The notes below the pieces were generated by a model. It saw only the letters and a list, made by a program, of their open reading frames with translations. It was not told where the DNA came from and did not search any database. Positions 47,466-58,602 of a stretch of DNA of 64,000 nucleotides are shown piece by piece. This DNA comes from Anaerolineales bacterium (lineage in GTDB: Bacteria > Chloroflexota > Anaerolineae > Anaerolineales > UBA4823), in NCBI GenBank assembly GCA_016929095.1, contig JAFGJM010000016.1, forward strand, positions 32,535 through 96,534, written 5' to 3'. How positions within the stretch are numbered: the first letter of the stretch is position 1; each line of letters opens with the position of its first letter. Both the position numbers and the translations under genes were made by a program.

Positions 47466-47981
47466 TTATGCGAATAAACCTGAAACGCCTCCCATTAATA
47501 ATCCAATAATCATCTGACCAATCACATAAATAACGAACCCGATGAGGATGGTAAATAGAGCTTTGGCATTGTCCAGGTCTAAGCCCTGCCGGATGGCAAT
47601 GAACCCTGCCACGAGCGACCAAATTCCGCCAATTACCCCGCCTACACAAGGAATAATGCTCAGAAATTGCGGCGAATAGGCAAATCCGATCACACGTAAC
47701 ATTTCATCCACTGTGGCGCGGCCGTTAAACAATTTCGTCCCAACGAACCAGGTGACCCAAGACCATAATGCCCACCCAACGAATGCCCAAATTAGAGACA
47801 TAAAAAATGCAACGATGAAATTAGTGTTCTGGATACTGGCTGAAATACCTGAGCCAATGCCGGATAATAATGAAACAATTGCCACTATGATGGCAGCCTG
47901 AGATGTTGCGCTTGTATCGGCTTCGATGGCTTCAAATGTGGGCACATCTAATTTTAAAACACCCAATATTCTCTGAATCAT
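47466..47981 (-). CDS. Yip1-domain membrane protein
   Basis: 171 aa with 5 TM helices. The N-terminal pattern ILGVLKLDVPTFEAIEAD is typical of bacterial YIP1-family proteins. Confidence 0.7.
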   Translation of the reverse strand: MIQRILGVLKLDVPTFEAIEADTSATSQAAIIVAIVSLLSGIGSGISASIQNTNFIVAFFMSLIWAFVGWALWSWVTWFVGTKLFNGRATVDEMLRVIGFAYSPQFLSIIPCVGGVIGGIWSLVAGFIAIRQGLDLDNAKALFTILIGFVIYVIGQMIIGLLMGGVSGLFA

Positions 47982-48262
47982 ATCTGCCTCCTTTGTATTT
48001 AATTAACTATAAACCAATTTCCAAATAAAAGATACAAAAAACGGAATACGGTTTTCCTGCTTCAAAACCCAGGAACAATACCTTACTACTGGTAATTCCT
48101 GTTATTTTTTACCTTTGAATACTGAAAACCGACAGCTGAAGCGGTACGTATCGGAGTTCGCCAGGAGATGATCACCTCATATAAAAATCCTCAACGCTAA
48201 TAAGGGAATACGATCCTTTCAAAAGAACATTTTACTCGTTCTGTGTCAATCATTTGGTTGAT

Positions 48263-49612
48263 CTAGTACCCGGCTTGTTTTTTCATATTCTCAAAATACT
48301 CACGTGTTACTATCGATATACCCTCTGCAGCTGCTTTCTTGGTCACTTCATTACGAACCATTTTTCGGAACATAAATGGGACGGATTGGTTGAGCGCTTT
48401 CTCGGCTTTCTCCTCCCAGATGATATCATTCACATCAATGCTCTCCGGAATTGAATCTATATCTTGTTCCACAGATATCTGCGCAATTTGATTTGTCCCG
48501 GCAATTTCATAGTAAGCTTGAATAAATGCATCAATGGCGTAATTGGGGATGTCGCCTCCTAGAATCGCTTCAGTCCAATAATAAATCGGAAGGTTTTCAA
48601 TTTTTTGAAATAACTTACGTGTATATGCAAATATTTCTTGTTTCTGACCCTTCATTAATATCGAGCGTGGGAATAATACCGTGAAAGGTTTATCATATTG
48701 AGCTGCTTTCTCTACTGCCATATCAAGATTTGATGCCGCATCGATAAATACTATCGGGATTTTGCTTTTCATCAGTGGTTCGATCAGATGGTTGGCATTC
48801 CCTCCACTGCCCAATATTATCGGAACACCAGGAAAATCATCCACCAGACGGTCAATATATGGACGGGCAAATCTTTCGAAATGGCGAGGCGAAATCATCA
48901 ACAAATAACCGGGCATAAAGAATACTGTGGGTCCACTATTCAACACCAAACGCATTACCTCACGAACCAATTTATAGGAATATTCACATAGAGCATCTAC
49001 AAACTCTGGTTGTTGGATAATATCCCTCATCAGCTTTTGTGGATCGCGCAATAGACTGCATATCGAAGAGAATGGATCTAAAATTACAAAACATCCTGGT
49101 CCGATCAAATCGCCCAATCTGTTATCAACATAACGCTTTAGCGCCAAATCTTTATCCAAAAACAATTCAAGGTTAACGGTTGGGGCAGATTTCAGGTCAT
49201 CTAAACTATTGATTGGATAAACTTTTGTCTCCGGTGCTTTATCTGGTAAAAAAGCTAATTGTCCCCCCAAAGCTTCAACAAATCTATACTCCCAGGTACA
49301 GGTGTATGGGAAAACATAATCTTCTCCAAAACGTGCCAGAGCAGCACAATAAGCTTGATAATGCTTGATTGTATCCACATAATAATCTCTCGGATTAATG
49401 CCGATCAAGCGAGATGGAAAATCAGCGATCAGCAGCGGAGGTCGGGTTTGCGTTTCTCCTTCAAATAAACCTTTTTTTAATTCTGCGATAGAAGTTGGTC
49501 TTTCCAACAATCGTCGACGCGCTATTTGTGTATAAATATCCATTTCCACCTGTTTCAGTTCATCCAAGTCACAGGTAAAATCCAGCGGGTTATTCTGCAA
49601 GATTGAATTCAT
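48263..49612 (-). CDS. uroporphyrinogen-decarboxylase-family (URO-D/MtaA-like) protein fused to a C-terminal PCP_red (protochlorophyllide reductase B C-terminal-like) domain
   Basis: URO-D-like TIM-barrel pattern through about residue 380. The last ~55 aa (IIWEEKAEKALNQSVPFMFRKMVRNEVTKKAAAEGISIVTREYFENMKKQ) match the PCP_red pattern. Confidence 0.6.
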   Translation of the reverse strand: MNSILQNNPLDFTCDLDELKQVEMDIYTQIARRRLLERPTSIAELKKGLFEGETQTRPPLLIADFPSRLIGINPRDYYVDTIKHYQAYCAALARFGEDYVFPYTCTWEYRFVEALGGQLAFLPDKAPETKVYPINSLDDLKSAPTVNLELFLDKDLALKRYVDNRLGDLIGPGCFVILDPFSSICSLLRDPQKLMRDIIQQPEFVDALCEYSYKLVREVMRLVLNSGPTVFFMPGYLLMISPRHFERFARPYIDRLVDDFPGVPIILGSGGNANHLIEPLMKSKIPIVFIDAASNLDMAVEKAAQYDKPFTVLFPRSILMKGQKQEIFAYTRKLFQKIENLPIYYWTEAILGGDIPNYAIDAFIQAYYEIAGTNQIAQISVEQDIDSIPESIDVNDIIWEEKAEKALNQSVPFMFRKMVRNEVTKKAAAEGISIVTREYFENMKKQAGY

Positions 49613-49614
49613 AA

Positions 49615-50232
49615 TTATGCTTTTCCTTTCATAATACGTGTTGAATCAGCCATAGAAATGCCTGTCAATACAATTTGTACTGCATCTCGAATTTCAGCAA
49701 TCGTTGTTTCATGCCCTCTTAGATGTGCACCGATGAATATACCAAAGAATATATCGATGAGAGTTTCTATCGGGGTATCTTTTCTAAGATCTCCACGTTG
49801 AACACCAGCACTTAAAATGGCATGCAATTGCATACGGCGCGGAAAAATCACTTTTTCACGAAAGATTTGCAATAATTCCGGGTCACGTTGTTCTTCAATC
49901 AATAATGCGCCAATCATTGCATAGCTATTGACTGCCCGGTTTAACCGTTGGGTCTCCTCCAGGGATGTAATCACGTCTATCAAGATATTACCTGTATCCG
50001 GTATTTTTCCGCTTTCCTCGATTAAAGAAGCAATTGCGGATGCCGCAAGGCTGCGTTTATCAGGATAACGACGATAAATACTGGTCTTACTCACCCCGGC
50101 AGCTTGAGCCACCCCCTCGATTGACATTCCCAAATACCCAAACTGAGCAAGGTGTTGGCAGGTTACTTCCATAATTTTATTATCGAGCATTGTATTGCGC
50201 GGTCTTCCGATAACAGATAATTTTTTAGTCAT
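49615..50232 (-). CDS. TetR/AcrR-family transcriptional regulator
   Basis: N-terminal HTH (GMSIEGVAQAAGVSKTSIYRRYPDK). Its stop lies 2 nt before the URO-D-like gene. Confidence 0.9.
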   Translation of the reverse strand: MTKKLSVIGRPRNTMLDNKIMEVTCQHLAQFGYLGMSIEGVAQAAGVSKTSIYRRYPDKRSLAASAIASLIEESGKIPDTGNILIDVITSLEETQRLNRAVNSYAMIGALLIEEQRDPELLQIFREKVIFPRRMQLHAILSAGVQRGDLRKDTPIETLIDIFFGIFIGAHLRGHETTIAEIRDAVQIVLTGISMADSTRIMKGKA

Positions 50233-50243
50233 ATTATTGTCAC

Positions 50244-50277
50244 CCTAATTTAATTAGGATACGATACCGTATCGTAT
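50244..50277. promoter_or_regulatory. candidate TetR operator(s): two adjacent palindromes
   Basis: CTAATT-T-AATTAG (50244-50256) and a perfect ATACGATAC-C-GTATCGTAT (50259-50277), 12-45 nt upstream of the tetR start. Confidence 0.55.
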
Positions 50278-50413
50278 TTATTTTATCGAAAATAAATCCT
50301 GTTGTCAAGATGGGAAATAAGAAAAAATGCTTTATCGTTGAATCCCCGTAATATTAATATAAAAGAGACTGTCCTTACAAACCAGGACAGTCTCTTTTTT
50401 AGGTTCACTCTAA

Positions 50414-50911
50414 TTAGTTCTTATTAGTCACATCCGAGATGTTACCTTCAATCATCGGGTGTTTTTCGGCGCTGTGAACGGCAATGCGTTTTGGTTTAAT
50501 CTCTTCGCTTTTTGGCAGGCGCAGCGTTAAAACACCATCTTCATAGGATGCTTCGATGGATTCGCCTCTTACGCCTCTGGGCAAGGTGATACTGCGGGTA
50601 AAAGAACCATAGCGTCGCTCGCGTATATGATAGCGCGCTTCTTCTTTTTCTTTTTCTTCCTTTGTTTCACCTTTAATCGTTAATGTATTTTCAGTATAGG
50701 TGATATCCAGATCATCAGGTTTGATGCCCGGCAAAGAGGCTTTGACCACAAAGTCATCCTTGTTCTCTACCACATCCAACGCCAGATCCCAAGAAAGCTG
50801 TCGTTTCCACTCGCCCGGTTCCTCATTGATAAAATCATCGAATAACCGGTCGATATTCCGACGCATGGCATACATTTCACGGAACGGATCCCAACGAATA
50901 AGTGAGTTCAT
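50414..50911 (-). CDS. Hsp20/alpha-crystallin small heat-shock protein
   Basis: Alpha-crystallin domain (DVVENKDDFVVKASLPGIKPDDLDITYTENTLTIKGE...GVLTLRLPK). Confidence 0.9.
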   Translation of the reverse strand: MNSLIRWDPFREMYAMRRNIDRLFDDFINEEPGEWKRQLSWDLALDVVENKDDFVVKASLPGIKPDDLDITYTENTLTIKGETKEEKEKEEARYHIRERRYGSFTRSITLPRGVRGESIEASYEDGVLTLRLPKSEEIKPKRIAVHSAEKHPMIEGNISDVTNKN

Positions 50912-51015
50912 AGTCTACCTCCTTTATTAATAAACAGTACTTCTTTTCTTACACTATTATATTAATAAATTCGTGTTAGAAATACATAAAATGAATATAT
51001 GAGGTTTATATGAAA

Positions 51016-51510
51016 CTAATGAGTATGACCGTGTTGTAATTCCGTTGGGGTAGCTAAGCGCAAATCCACCACCGTAATAGAAAAATCCAATTGTTTGCCT
51101 GCCATGGGATGGTTCATATTCACGTGGACATTATCACCTTCTATCTTCTCGATAATCCCATTGTAGACATGTCCATCCTGGTCCCCCAATTGATTCTGCT
51201 GACCAGTAATGATTTGGATATCTTCAGGGAAATCATTCCGGAGAATAGTCAGAAAAGCATCCGGATTAACTTCACCATACCCATCCTTTGCCGCCACGGA
51301 AACCTGTTTGCTTTCACCCGTGGTCATGTCATAAAGCTCCTGCTCTAAACCACGAATGATATTCCCTCGCCCCTGAATAAACTCGAGGGGTTTTCTGCCA
51401 TGAGACGAATCGACAACTTCCCCGTTTACAGTCAACGTGTAATCCATCGATACCACAATATCATCACTCACTTTCGTGGGCTTTTGTGCATTATCCATTT
51501 TTTTCTCCAA
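51016..51510 (-). CDS. slyD: FKBP-type peptidyl-prolyl cis-trans isomerase, SlyD-like
   Basis: VVSMDYTLTVNGEVVDSS...PLEFIQGRGNIIRGLEQEL, an IF-insert region and a short His-containing tail. Confidence 0.8.
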   Translation of the reverse strand: MEKKMDNAQKPTKVSDDIVVSMDYTLTVNGEVVDSSHGRKPLEFIQGRGNIIRGLEQELYDMTTGESKQVSVAAKDGYGEVNPDAFLTILRNDFPEDIQIITGQQNQLGDQDGHVYNGIIEKIEGDNVHVNMNHPMAGKQLDFSITVVDLRLATPTELQHGHTH

Positions 51511-51677
51511 TCAAAATTCAACGTAAATAAATTTATCTATCAGGCAGGGATACACTTATCGCCATGTTCACCAAGTTTCATGCTCGCCAACCGAAGCATA
51601 AAATAAGCAGTAAACACTTCCCCCAACCAATGATTGCAGGATTTTATCATAGAAGAACCCATCACTAGAAAATGATT

Positions 51678-52592
51678 TCATGAATATGAAATCCCCTCAA
51701 ACAGATCCTTCTCCCTCAGCTTGCCTTTTACTTCCGGATAAGCACGCATAAAATAATCCACCTGCGGCATGAGCAGCGATATCCAGCGCAACGGACCCCG
51801 CCGGATGACGGCGCCTTCTATCTGGCTGGAATGGCACATGGCTGCCTCTTCCCGGCTTTTCAATGCCGGGCGGATGTTGATCCTGGCATGGATGGGATAA
51901 TCACAATCCTTGATAATTTCAATGAGATCGATGTCCTGATTGCGTCCTATACGTCGGGGATCTTTACCCAGCAGCGGTAAAATACGCGCCGCCAGTTTTA
52001 TCCACCCCATGGGCATGATCGAATAATATAATTTTAGTGGCTTCCAGGCTGGGAGCCTATCAGTAGTGAATGTCGGATCACCTGCCAGATGAAATGCTCT
52101 TAATGTTGCTCTTTGAATGGCGATGTGGTCAGGGTGCCCATATCCCCCGTTGGGGCTGAAAGTTAGCACCACCTGAGGTTTTGCTTTCCGCATTAAATTT
52201 GTGATTTTTACAGCGACTTCGTCAACCGGGGCAGCGGATAACGCATTGGGGTGTTGATTGTCTGGCGATCCCTTCATCCCTGAATCTCGGTAATCCAGGA
52301 AATGTACTTCCGTTAACCTCAGTTTTTCAGCCGCACATCGTAATTCGAATTCCCGGCGCTCGGAAATCGACGCGAAACCGGATAATAAGCGAGGATCTAC
52401 TTCACCCGCCTCGCCGCGCGTACCACAAATCAGATGCACTGATACATCGCGTTGAGCATATAGCGCCAGCGTTCCTCCCATTCCAAAAGTTTCATCATCC
52501 GGATGCGCTAAAACAGCCAGGATTGTTTTCGAGTTTTTGTTCAATTGGATTTTCAAAACGGGATTATTATACCAATCCAGATACTTTTTCAT
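51678..52592 (-). CDS. PIG-L/LmbE-family N-acetylglucosaminyl deacetylase
   Basis: LAVLAHPDDETFGMGGTLA and the HPDH motif. Confidence 0.85.
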   Translation of the reverse strand: MKKYLDWYNNPVLKIQLNKNSKTILAVLAHPDDETFGMGGTLALYAQRDVSVHLICGTRGEAGEVDPRLLSGFASISERREFELRCAAEKLRLTEVHFLDYRDSGMKGSPDNQHPNALSAAPVDEVAVKITNLMRKAKPQVVLTFSPNGGYGHPDHIAIQRATLRAFHLAGDPTFTTDRLPAWKPLKLYYSIMPMGWIKLAARILPLLGKDPRRIGRNQDIDLIEIIKDCDYPIHARINIRPALKSREEAAMCHSSQIEGAVIRRGPLRWISLLMPQVDYFMRAYPEVKGKLREKDLFEGISYS

Positions 52593-52698
52593 TCTTTCAA
52601 ATTATACTGAAAAATCAAGCTTACATAATTAATTGTATTGAATACCATAAATGTCTGGTATGATTATTGCAATTCAATAATAAACTTTTAGAAGTATT

Positions 52699-55665
52699 GT
52701 GAAAGCACCTTTTTATAAAATGCTTTGGCAGTTCTCTCCCTATGCGATGGCTTTTTTTATTACCGGGGGAATATTTATATTACTCGCCTGTTTAATTTGG
52801 CGCCGTCGCCACGTCCCTGGTGGTCTCCCGTTTTTCATTTTGCTGGTATCTATTTTGATATGGAATATTGCTGCCGGAATGGAAGTGATGTCCATCCCTC
52901 TTGTGCAAAAAATATTTTGGTCAAAAATTGAATATCTTGGATCTTCAACTGCTGCACCTTTGTTATTGATTTTCAGCCTGGAATATACCCGAAATACGAA
53001 ATGGCTTAGCCGCCGAAATATCCTGCTCATCCTGGTTATACCAATCGTTATATTAGGTTTCACTTTCACCAATGAATGGCACAGATTGATCTGGTCGGAT
53101 TTCACACTCAGCCCTACCGCAGAAAATATTTATATTTACCATCATGGAGTTCTGTATTGGCTTTATATGGTTTTTAACTATATATGTGCGCTATTAGCAG
53201 CCTGGGTTATCCTGCGTTCTTATATGCAATTATCTAAAATATACCAGCCTCAACTAATTGGTTTATTGATTGGTATTTTTATACCGATTATCACCGGTAT
53301 ACTCTATTCATTCAATATAAATATAATCCCCGGGTTGGATATTTCACCCCTCTCCTTTTCATTTACCGGTATTATCCTTTTTTTAACTATCCACCGCCAT
53401 TTGCTTTTCGATATTGTCCCCGTTGCGCGCCAGGTATTATTCGAGAATCTTACGGATAGCGTTTTAATCCTGGATATGGCTGACCGCATCATCGATATAA
53501 ATGCTGCAGCGCAGGACCTTTTCTCGGTGAGTGACAAGGTCATCGGCAAGAAAGCCATCGATACGCTGTCCAATTGGGAAAATATCGCACAGTGGTATGC
53601 CCGTGAAACCGAAGATTTGAAAGAAAGCCAAATAAACCAGACCCCTCCCATATATTTAAGCGTTCAAATAGTATCCATAAAAAACCAACAGGGGATACAA
53701 ACCGGGAGGATTATTAACTTACGAGATATTACCCCCCAGAAACAAGCTGAGATTGCGCTACGTGAAAGCGAGCGGAAATATCGTTCCATCTTTGAAAATT
53801 CACAGGTGGGAATATTCCGTACAAATATCGCGGACGGGAAAATGTTGGAATGCAATGATAAGATGGCGCAAATTTTGGGTTACACAGATCGTGAAGAATT
53901 ATTAGATAATGGATTTGTCTCTCTGGAACATTATGTTAACCCCGACGACCGGCACCAGATGATTGAGAACTTAATGAAAGGTGAAATCGATAAGATCGAA
54001 ATCCAATTCTTCCGCCCGGATAAAACTACCTGCACGCTTGAATTCTCAGCCCGCATCTTCCCCGATGTTGGCTATTTACAAGGTGTGGCTGTAGACATTA
54101 CAGAACGAAAACGCGCAGAATTCGCCGAGCGGGAACAACGGTTAATGGCAGAAGCATTACGAGATATCGCTGGCGCCTTGAATAGCACCCTGAATCTAAA
54201 CGAAGTTTTAGATCGCATATTGGAAAATATCGGACGCTTATTGCCTTATAACACCGTAGATATTATATTATTGGATGAACATCACGAGGAAGCCCATGTT
54301 GTTCGCTGCGCTGGATATGAACACTTTTCGCCGGAAGAACATTCAAAAATTCTTGAACTAAAATTGAAATTAGAGAACACTGCCAATCTTAAAGCAATCT
54401 ATAATTCTCGCTGCCCGCTATTGATCGATGATATAACGAACTACGATTGGGTTGAGACTCCGCAAACAAAATGGATTCGCTCAAACCTATGCGCGCCTAT
54501 CATTATAAAAGGTGAGGTGGAAGGGTTTTTAAGCCTATCCAGTGATAAAGCCCACTATTTTCTACAAGAGCATATGGAACGTTTGCAAGCGTTTGCCGAT
54601 CAATCAGCCATAGCCATCGAAAATGCCCGGCTGTTTTCCGATTCGCAATTACGGAACGAGCAAATGAGTGTTTTATACCGGATTGGACAGGCGCTTACGT
54701 CTAATCTGGAACTGGATCAGGTATTAACCAATCTTTACGAACATTGTTGTCAGGTTTTACCGATGGATACATTTTATGTGGCTGTATATCAAGAACAGGC
54801 GCATCTGATTATCCACCCTCTTTTTATGGAACAAGGGCAAAGTATTCCTCAAAATCCACGCGATATTCGCATGCAGCCCGGTTTAAGTGGCGAGATCATC
54901 TGGAACCAAAAAACCCTATATATTCCCGATATGCTTAAACCTGAAGTTGCTTTGGAGCATCAAATTATTCGCACCGGGGGGGAACCAACGCGGTCATTCG
55001 TTGGAGTCCCACTCACCGTCAGGGAAAAAGCTATTGGGGTAATTTCCATGCAATGTTACCTTCCAAATGCTTATAACGATCAGCAAATCACCTTATTGGA
55101 AACGATCGCCAACCAGGCAGCGATTGGGATTGAGAACGCCAGTTTATTCGAACAGATGAAACAACTGGCAATTACCGATCCCCTAACCGAACTTTATAAC
55201 CGTCGGTTTACAGAGGTGACCTTAACCACCGAGTTTAAACGCTGCGAAAGGTACGGAACCCCGTTGGCTGTGGGATTTTTCGATATCGATGATTTCAAAC
55301 TGGTCAATGACCGCTTTGGTCATGCCTGCGGTGATGATGTACTAAAAGTGGTCGCAGACCAATTGAAAGTCAGCATCCGCTTTGTGGATTTCGCTGCCCG
55401 CATAGGTGGAGATGAATTTTTAATTGTTTTCCCAAATACCACACAGAATGATGCCTGGGAAATTTTAAACCGTTTTCGCAACAAATTACGCCAATGCATT
55501 ATCTCGTGCACCGGTGAATTCATTACAATCAGTGGGGGTGTGACACCCTGGCGCCCCGGCATCACCCCGGATGATGCCTTAAATACAGCAGATTTATTAA
55601 TGTATCAAGCCAAGCGTCTTGGGAAAAACCAAATCATCAAAGAAAATGATCAAAACAATCCATAA
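52699..55665 (+). CDS. sensor diguanylate cyclase: 7TM N-terminal sensor, PAS x2, GAF x2, GGDEF
   Basis: 988 aa. His-kinase-type N-terminal 7TM region, PAS (ESERKYRSIFENSQVGIF), GAF blocks and RIGGDEF. GTG start; an alternative ATG lies at 52720. Confidence 0.85.
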   Translation: MKAPFYKMLWQFSPYAMAFFITGGIFILLACLIWRRRHVPGGLPFFILLVSILIWNIAAGMEVMSIPLVQKIFWSKIEYLGSSTAAPLLLIFSLEYTRNTKWLSRRNILLILVIPIVILGFTFTNEWHRLIWSDFTLSPTAENIYIYHHGVLYWLYMVFNYICALLAAWVILRSYMQLSKIYQPQLIGLLIGIFIPIITGILYSFNINIIPGLDISPLSFSFTGIILFLTIHRHLLFDIVPVARQVLFENLTDSVLILDMADRIIDINAAAQDLFSVSDKVIGKKAIDTLSNWENIAQWYARETEDLKESQINQTPPIYLSVQIVSIKNQQGIQTGRIINLRDITPQKQAEIALRESERKYRSIFENSQVGIFRTNIADGKMLECNDKMAQILGYTDREELLDNGFVSLEHYVNPDDRHQMIENLMKGEIDKIEIQFFRPDKTTCTLEFSARIFPDVGYLQGVAVDITERKRAEFAEREQRLMAEALRDIAGALNSTLNLNEVLDRILENIGRLLPYNTVDIILLDEHHEEAHVVRCAGYEHFSPEEHSKILELKLKLENTANLKAIYNSRCPLLIDDITNYDWVETPQTKWIRSNLCAPIIIKGEVEGFLSLSSDKAHYFLQEHMERLQAFADQSAIAIENARLFSDSQLRNEQMSVLYRIGQALTSNLELDQVLTNLYEHCCQVLPMDTFYVAVYQEQAHLIIHPLFMEQGQSIPQNPRDIRMQPGLSGEIIWNQKTLYIPDMLKPEVALEHQIIRTGGEPTRSFVGVPLTVREKAIGVISMQCYLPNAYNDQQITLLETIANQAAIGIENASLFEQMKQLAITDPLTELYNRRFTEVTLTTEFKRCERYGTPLAVGFFDIDDFKLVNDRFGHACGDDVLKVVADQLKVSIRFVDFAARIGGDEFLIVFPNTTQNDAWEILNRFRNKLRQCIISCTGEFITISGGVTPWRPGITPDDALNTADLLMYQAKRLGKNQIIKENDQNNP

Positions 55666-55727
55666 ACAGCTTGTCAGTGGATCATAATACCGAACTGAAG
55701 AACACTTGTATATTTTTCTCTGTATAT

Positions 55728-55840
55728 AAATTACTGCTTCCCTGCTCCTCTATCCTCCGGACATCTCCCTATTTTCTGCGGAAATGTTGGGAAACACGGG
55801 GGTTCCTGGCTTCCTTATAAATTTTTTATATTCATATCAG
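55728..55840 (+). repeat. dispersed intergenic repeat family 2, copy D (partial)
   Basis: CTGCTTCCCTGCTCCTCTATCCTCCGGACATCTCCCTATTTTCTGCGGAAATG...GGTTCCTGGCTTCCTTATAAATTTTTTATATTCATATCAGG. Its end overlaps the stop of 55832..56677. Confidence 0.7.
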
Positions 55841-56677
55841 GTTTTTATCCTCATTCCATTCGTTACCCCCGCCATATTCCTCACGATCGATTAACTCCGT
55901 AATTTCCGGGTGCTCGCCACAGATTTTACACTTTGGATTCTTGCGTAATTTCACACACTCAAAAGTCATATCCAGGGCATCATAGATCAATAGTCTCCCA
56001 ATTAATGGTTCCCCAATGCCCATGATAAATTTCAAGGCTTCAGTGACCTGTATGGTGCCAATCGTTCCGGGTAAAACGCCCAGCACACCGGCATTTGCTA
56101 TCGATCGCCGAATATCTGGGGGAGGGGGTTCCGGAAAAAGACAGCGATAACAAGGTCCCTCTTTCGCATAAAATACACTAGCCTGCCCTTCAAAACGGGA
56201 GATCGCGCCGTAGATATTGGGCTTGCCGGTGAGTACACATAGATCATTTGAAAGATAGCGCGTGGAAAAATTATCACTACAATCAATGATCACATCATAA
56301 GTATCGGCTATGTGCAGAGCATTGTCGAGGGTAAATAACTCATTATAAACATCTACCTGTATTTCCGAATTAATATCCAGCATCCGTTGACGCGCCATTT
56401 CGACTTTTAATTTCCCCAAACTCTCCATTCCATAGAGTACCTGTCTTTGCAAATTTGAATATTGCACGATATCCGCATCCACCAAACCAATTCTACCCAC
56501 TCCCGTAGCTGCCAGATATAATGCAACCGGAGAGCCCAATCCCCCACCGCCAATAACGAGAATAGAAGAAGCCTTCAACTTACGCTGGCCATCCGTTCCA
56601 ATTTCCGGGAGTAGTATATGGCGAGTATAGCGCTTCATTTCTTCGGGAGTAAGGTCCATCATGGTTTTCTCCGGCAA
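55832..56677 (-). CDS. ThiF/MoeB/HesA-family E1-like adenylyltransferase (no rhodanese domain)
   Basis: RYTRHILLPEIGTDGQRKL, GGGGLGSP, and the Zn-site pairs CYRC and CKICG. Confidence 0.85.
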   Translation of the reverse strand: MPEKTMMDLTPEEMKRYTRHILLPEIGTDGQRKLKASSILVIGGGGLGSPVALYLAATGVGRIGLVDADIVQYSNLQRQVLYGMESLGKLKVEMARQRMLDINSEIQVDVYNELFTLDNALHIADTYDVIIDCSDNFSTRYLSNDLCVLTGKPNIYGAISRFEGQASVFYAKEGPCYRCLFPEPPPPDIRRSIANAGVLGVLPGTIGTIQVTEALKFIMGIGEPLIGRLLIYDALDMTFECVKLRKNPKCKICGEHPEITELIDREEYGGGNEWNEDKNLI

Positions 56678-56889
56678 TATTCATAGAAATTTAGATTTTG
56701 TTGTCCGTTTTTAGCTCTCATACTATACACAATAAAAAATCAGCACCATTTTTTCTTCTCGAAGAAGATCATTTTGAGAAAATTAGATGTATGAATAATT
56801 TGTCTCTTTATTGTCAGTACCAGAAATCGATCCTCGACTTTCGCGTCTTGAATTACCACTCACCCATTCACCAATAACTGACTTTATGA

Positions 56890-57606
56890 TTATATCGAAA
56901 AATCTTCACCGCGCCACGCGCCATTTTCGGGTATATGGATGTGCATAGCTGCATGATCATGACCGTTGTAACTATTTTCTAGAGTTTCCACGCGCCTCAT
57001 TAATGCGGTTAAAGAAACGCCAATTAAATCAGGTAAATTCGTGTGGTTTAAATCCGGTGCATCAGAAGCCTGGTGCGGTTTACTGCAGGAGACCACCTGT
57101 CCCGGCACACCCACCACCACCGAATTGGGTGGAGTCGATTTCACCACCACGGCATTTGCACCGATGCGGCAATCATCCCCAATGGTTATGGCGCCCAGTA
57201 CTTTTGCCCCTGCACCCACCACCACTCTATCGCCAATCGTGGGGTGGCGCTTCCCTTTATTAAGGCTGGTCCCGCCCAAAGTGACGCCATGATATAACGT
57301 GACATCATTCCCGATTTGGGCTGTCTCGCCAATCACAACTCCCATACCGTGATCGATAAAAAATCCTTTACCGATTCTCGCCCCGGGGTGAATTTCGATA
57401 CCGGTCAGGCTGCGAGAAAATTGCGATACCCAGCGGCCTATTAACTTTAGCCGATGAACCCATAACCAATGCGCCAGACGATGTCCCCAAATCGCATGCA
57501 ACCCCGGGTAGCAGAATAAAATTTCGAAAACGCTTCGAGCGGCTGGATCGCGCTCAAAGATCGATTGGATATCTCTTTGAATGCTGCGTATCATGTTTCT
57601 CTCCAT
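56890..57606 (-). CDS. cysE: serine O-acetyltransferase
   Basis: [32 protein letters not shown] plus hexapeptide repeats ([24 protein letters not shown]). Confidence 0.9.
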   Translation of the reverse strand: MERNMIRSIQRDIQSIFERDPAARSVFEILFCYPGLHAIWGHRLAHWLWVHRLKLIGRWVSQFSRSLTGIEIHPGARIGKGFFIDHGMGVVIGETAQIGNDVTLYHGVTLGGTSLNKGKRHPTIGDRVVVGAGAKVLGAITIGDDCRIGANAVVVKSTPPNSVVVGVPGQVVSCSKPHQASDAPDLNHTNLPDLIGVSLTALMRRVETLENSYNGHDHAAMHIHIPENGAWRGEDFSI

Positions 57607-57672
57607 TTTGCGTGATAGTCTTTTTTTTACGCATCAAAAAAAAACAGAAAATGCAGAATATTTGAGGGAAAT

Positions 57673-58602
57673 TCATGCCAGATCGGCATATAAAACACTG
57701 CTCAAATAACGCTCGCCAAAAGAAGGGATGATCACCACCATTAACTTTCCGGCAGAATCAGAACGTCGGGCAACCTGTAATGCTGCCCAAACGGCTGCCC
57801 CGGAAGAGATACCCACCAATAAACCTTCTTCTTTCGCCATCCGCCGGGCTGTCTCCAGTGCATCGTCATTTTTGACTCGCATAATTTCATCAACTACCTG
57901 TGTGTTTAGAATTTCAGGAATGAAACCTGCCCCAATCCCTTGAATGGCATGGCTTCCTTTGGAATCTCCCGAAAGCACCGCTGAATAATCCGGTTCAACC
58001 GCAATCACCTTTATGGTTGGTTTCCTTGCTTTCAATACTTCCCCCACACCGGTTATTGTCCCGCCCGTGCCCACACCTGCTACCAGAATATCCACCTTGC
58101 CGTCTGTATCTCGCCAAATTTCTTCGGCAGTAGTTTTTCGATGAATTTCCGGGTTGGCAGGGTTTTTGAATTGTTGGGGAATAAAATATCGACCATCGGA
58201 AGCCGCTAATTCTTCTGCTTTTTGTATTGCTCCGGTCATACCCTCCGTGCCTGGCGTGAGTATCAACTCGGCGCCATATGCACGCAATAATATGCGCCGC
58301 TCTTTACTCATGGTATCCGGCATTGTTAACACCAGTTTGTACCCCTTGGCTGCGCACACCATGGCCAGGGCTATACCGGTATTCCCGCTGGTTGGTTCCA
58401 AAATTATGGTATCTGGTTTGATTATCCCTGCGGTTTCGGCTGCTTCGATCATGGCGACGCCTACGCGATCTTTTACACTATGGGCAGGATTTTGGTATTC
58501 CAATTTTGCAATCACTTCGGCAACCGCGCCTTTAGATAAACGATTAATACGCACTAAAGGCGTATTCCCTATAAGTTCTGTTACATTGTTTGCGATTTTC
58601 AT
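57673..58602 (-). CDS. cysK: cysteine synthase A (O-acetylserine sulfhydrylase)
   Basis: Start set at [25 protein letters not shown] lysine context NPAHSVKDR, plus GTGGTITG. Confidence 0.9.
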   Translation of the reverse strand: MKIANNVTELIGNTPLVRINRLSKGAVAEVIAKLEYQNPAHSVKDRVGVAMIEAAETAGIIKPDTIILEPTSGNTGIALAMVCAAKGYKLVLTMPDTMSKERRILLRAYGAELILTPGTEGMTGAIQKAEELAASDGRYFIPQQFKNPANPEIHRKTTAEEIWRDTDGKVDILVAGVGTGGTITGVGEVLKARKPTIKVIAVEPDYSAVLSGDSKGSHAIQGIGAGFIPEILNTQVVDEIMRVKNDDALETARRMAKEEGLLVGISSGAAVWAALQVARRSDSAGKLMVVIIPSFGERYLSSVLYADLA

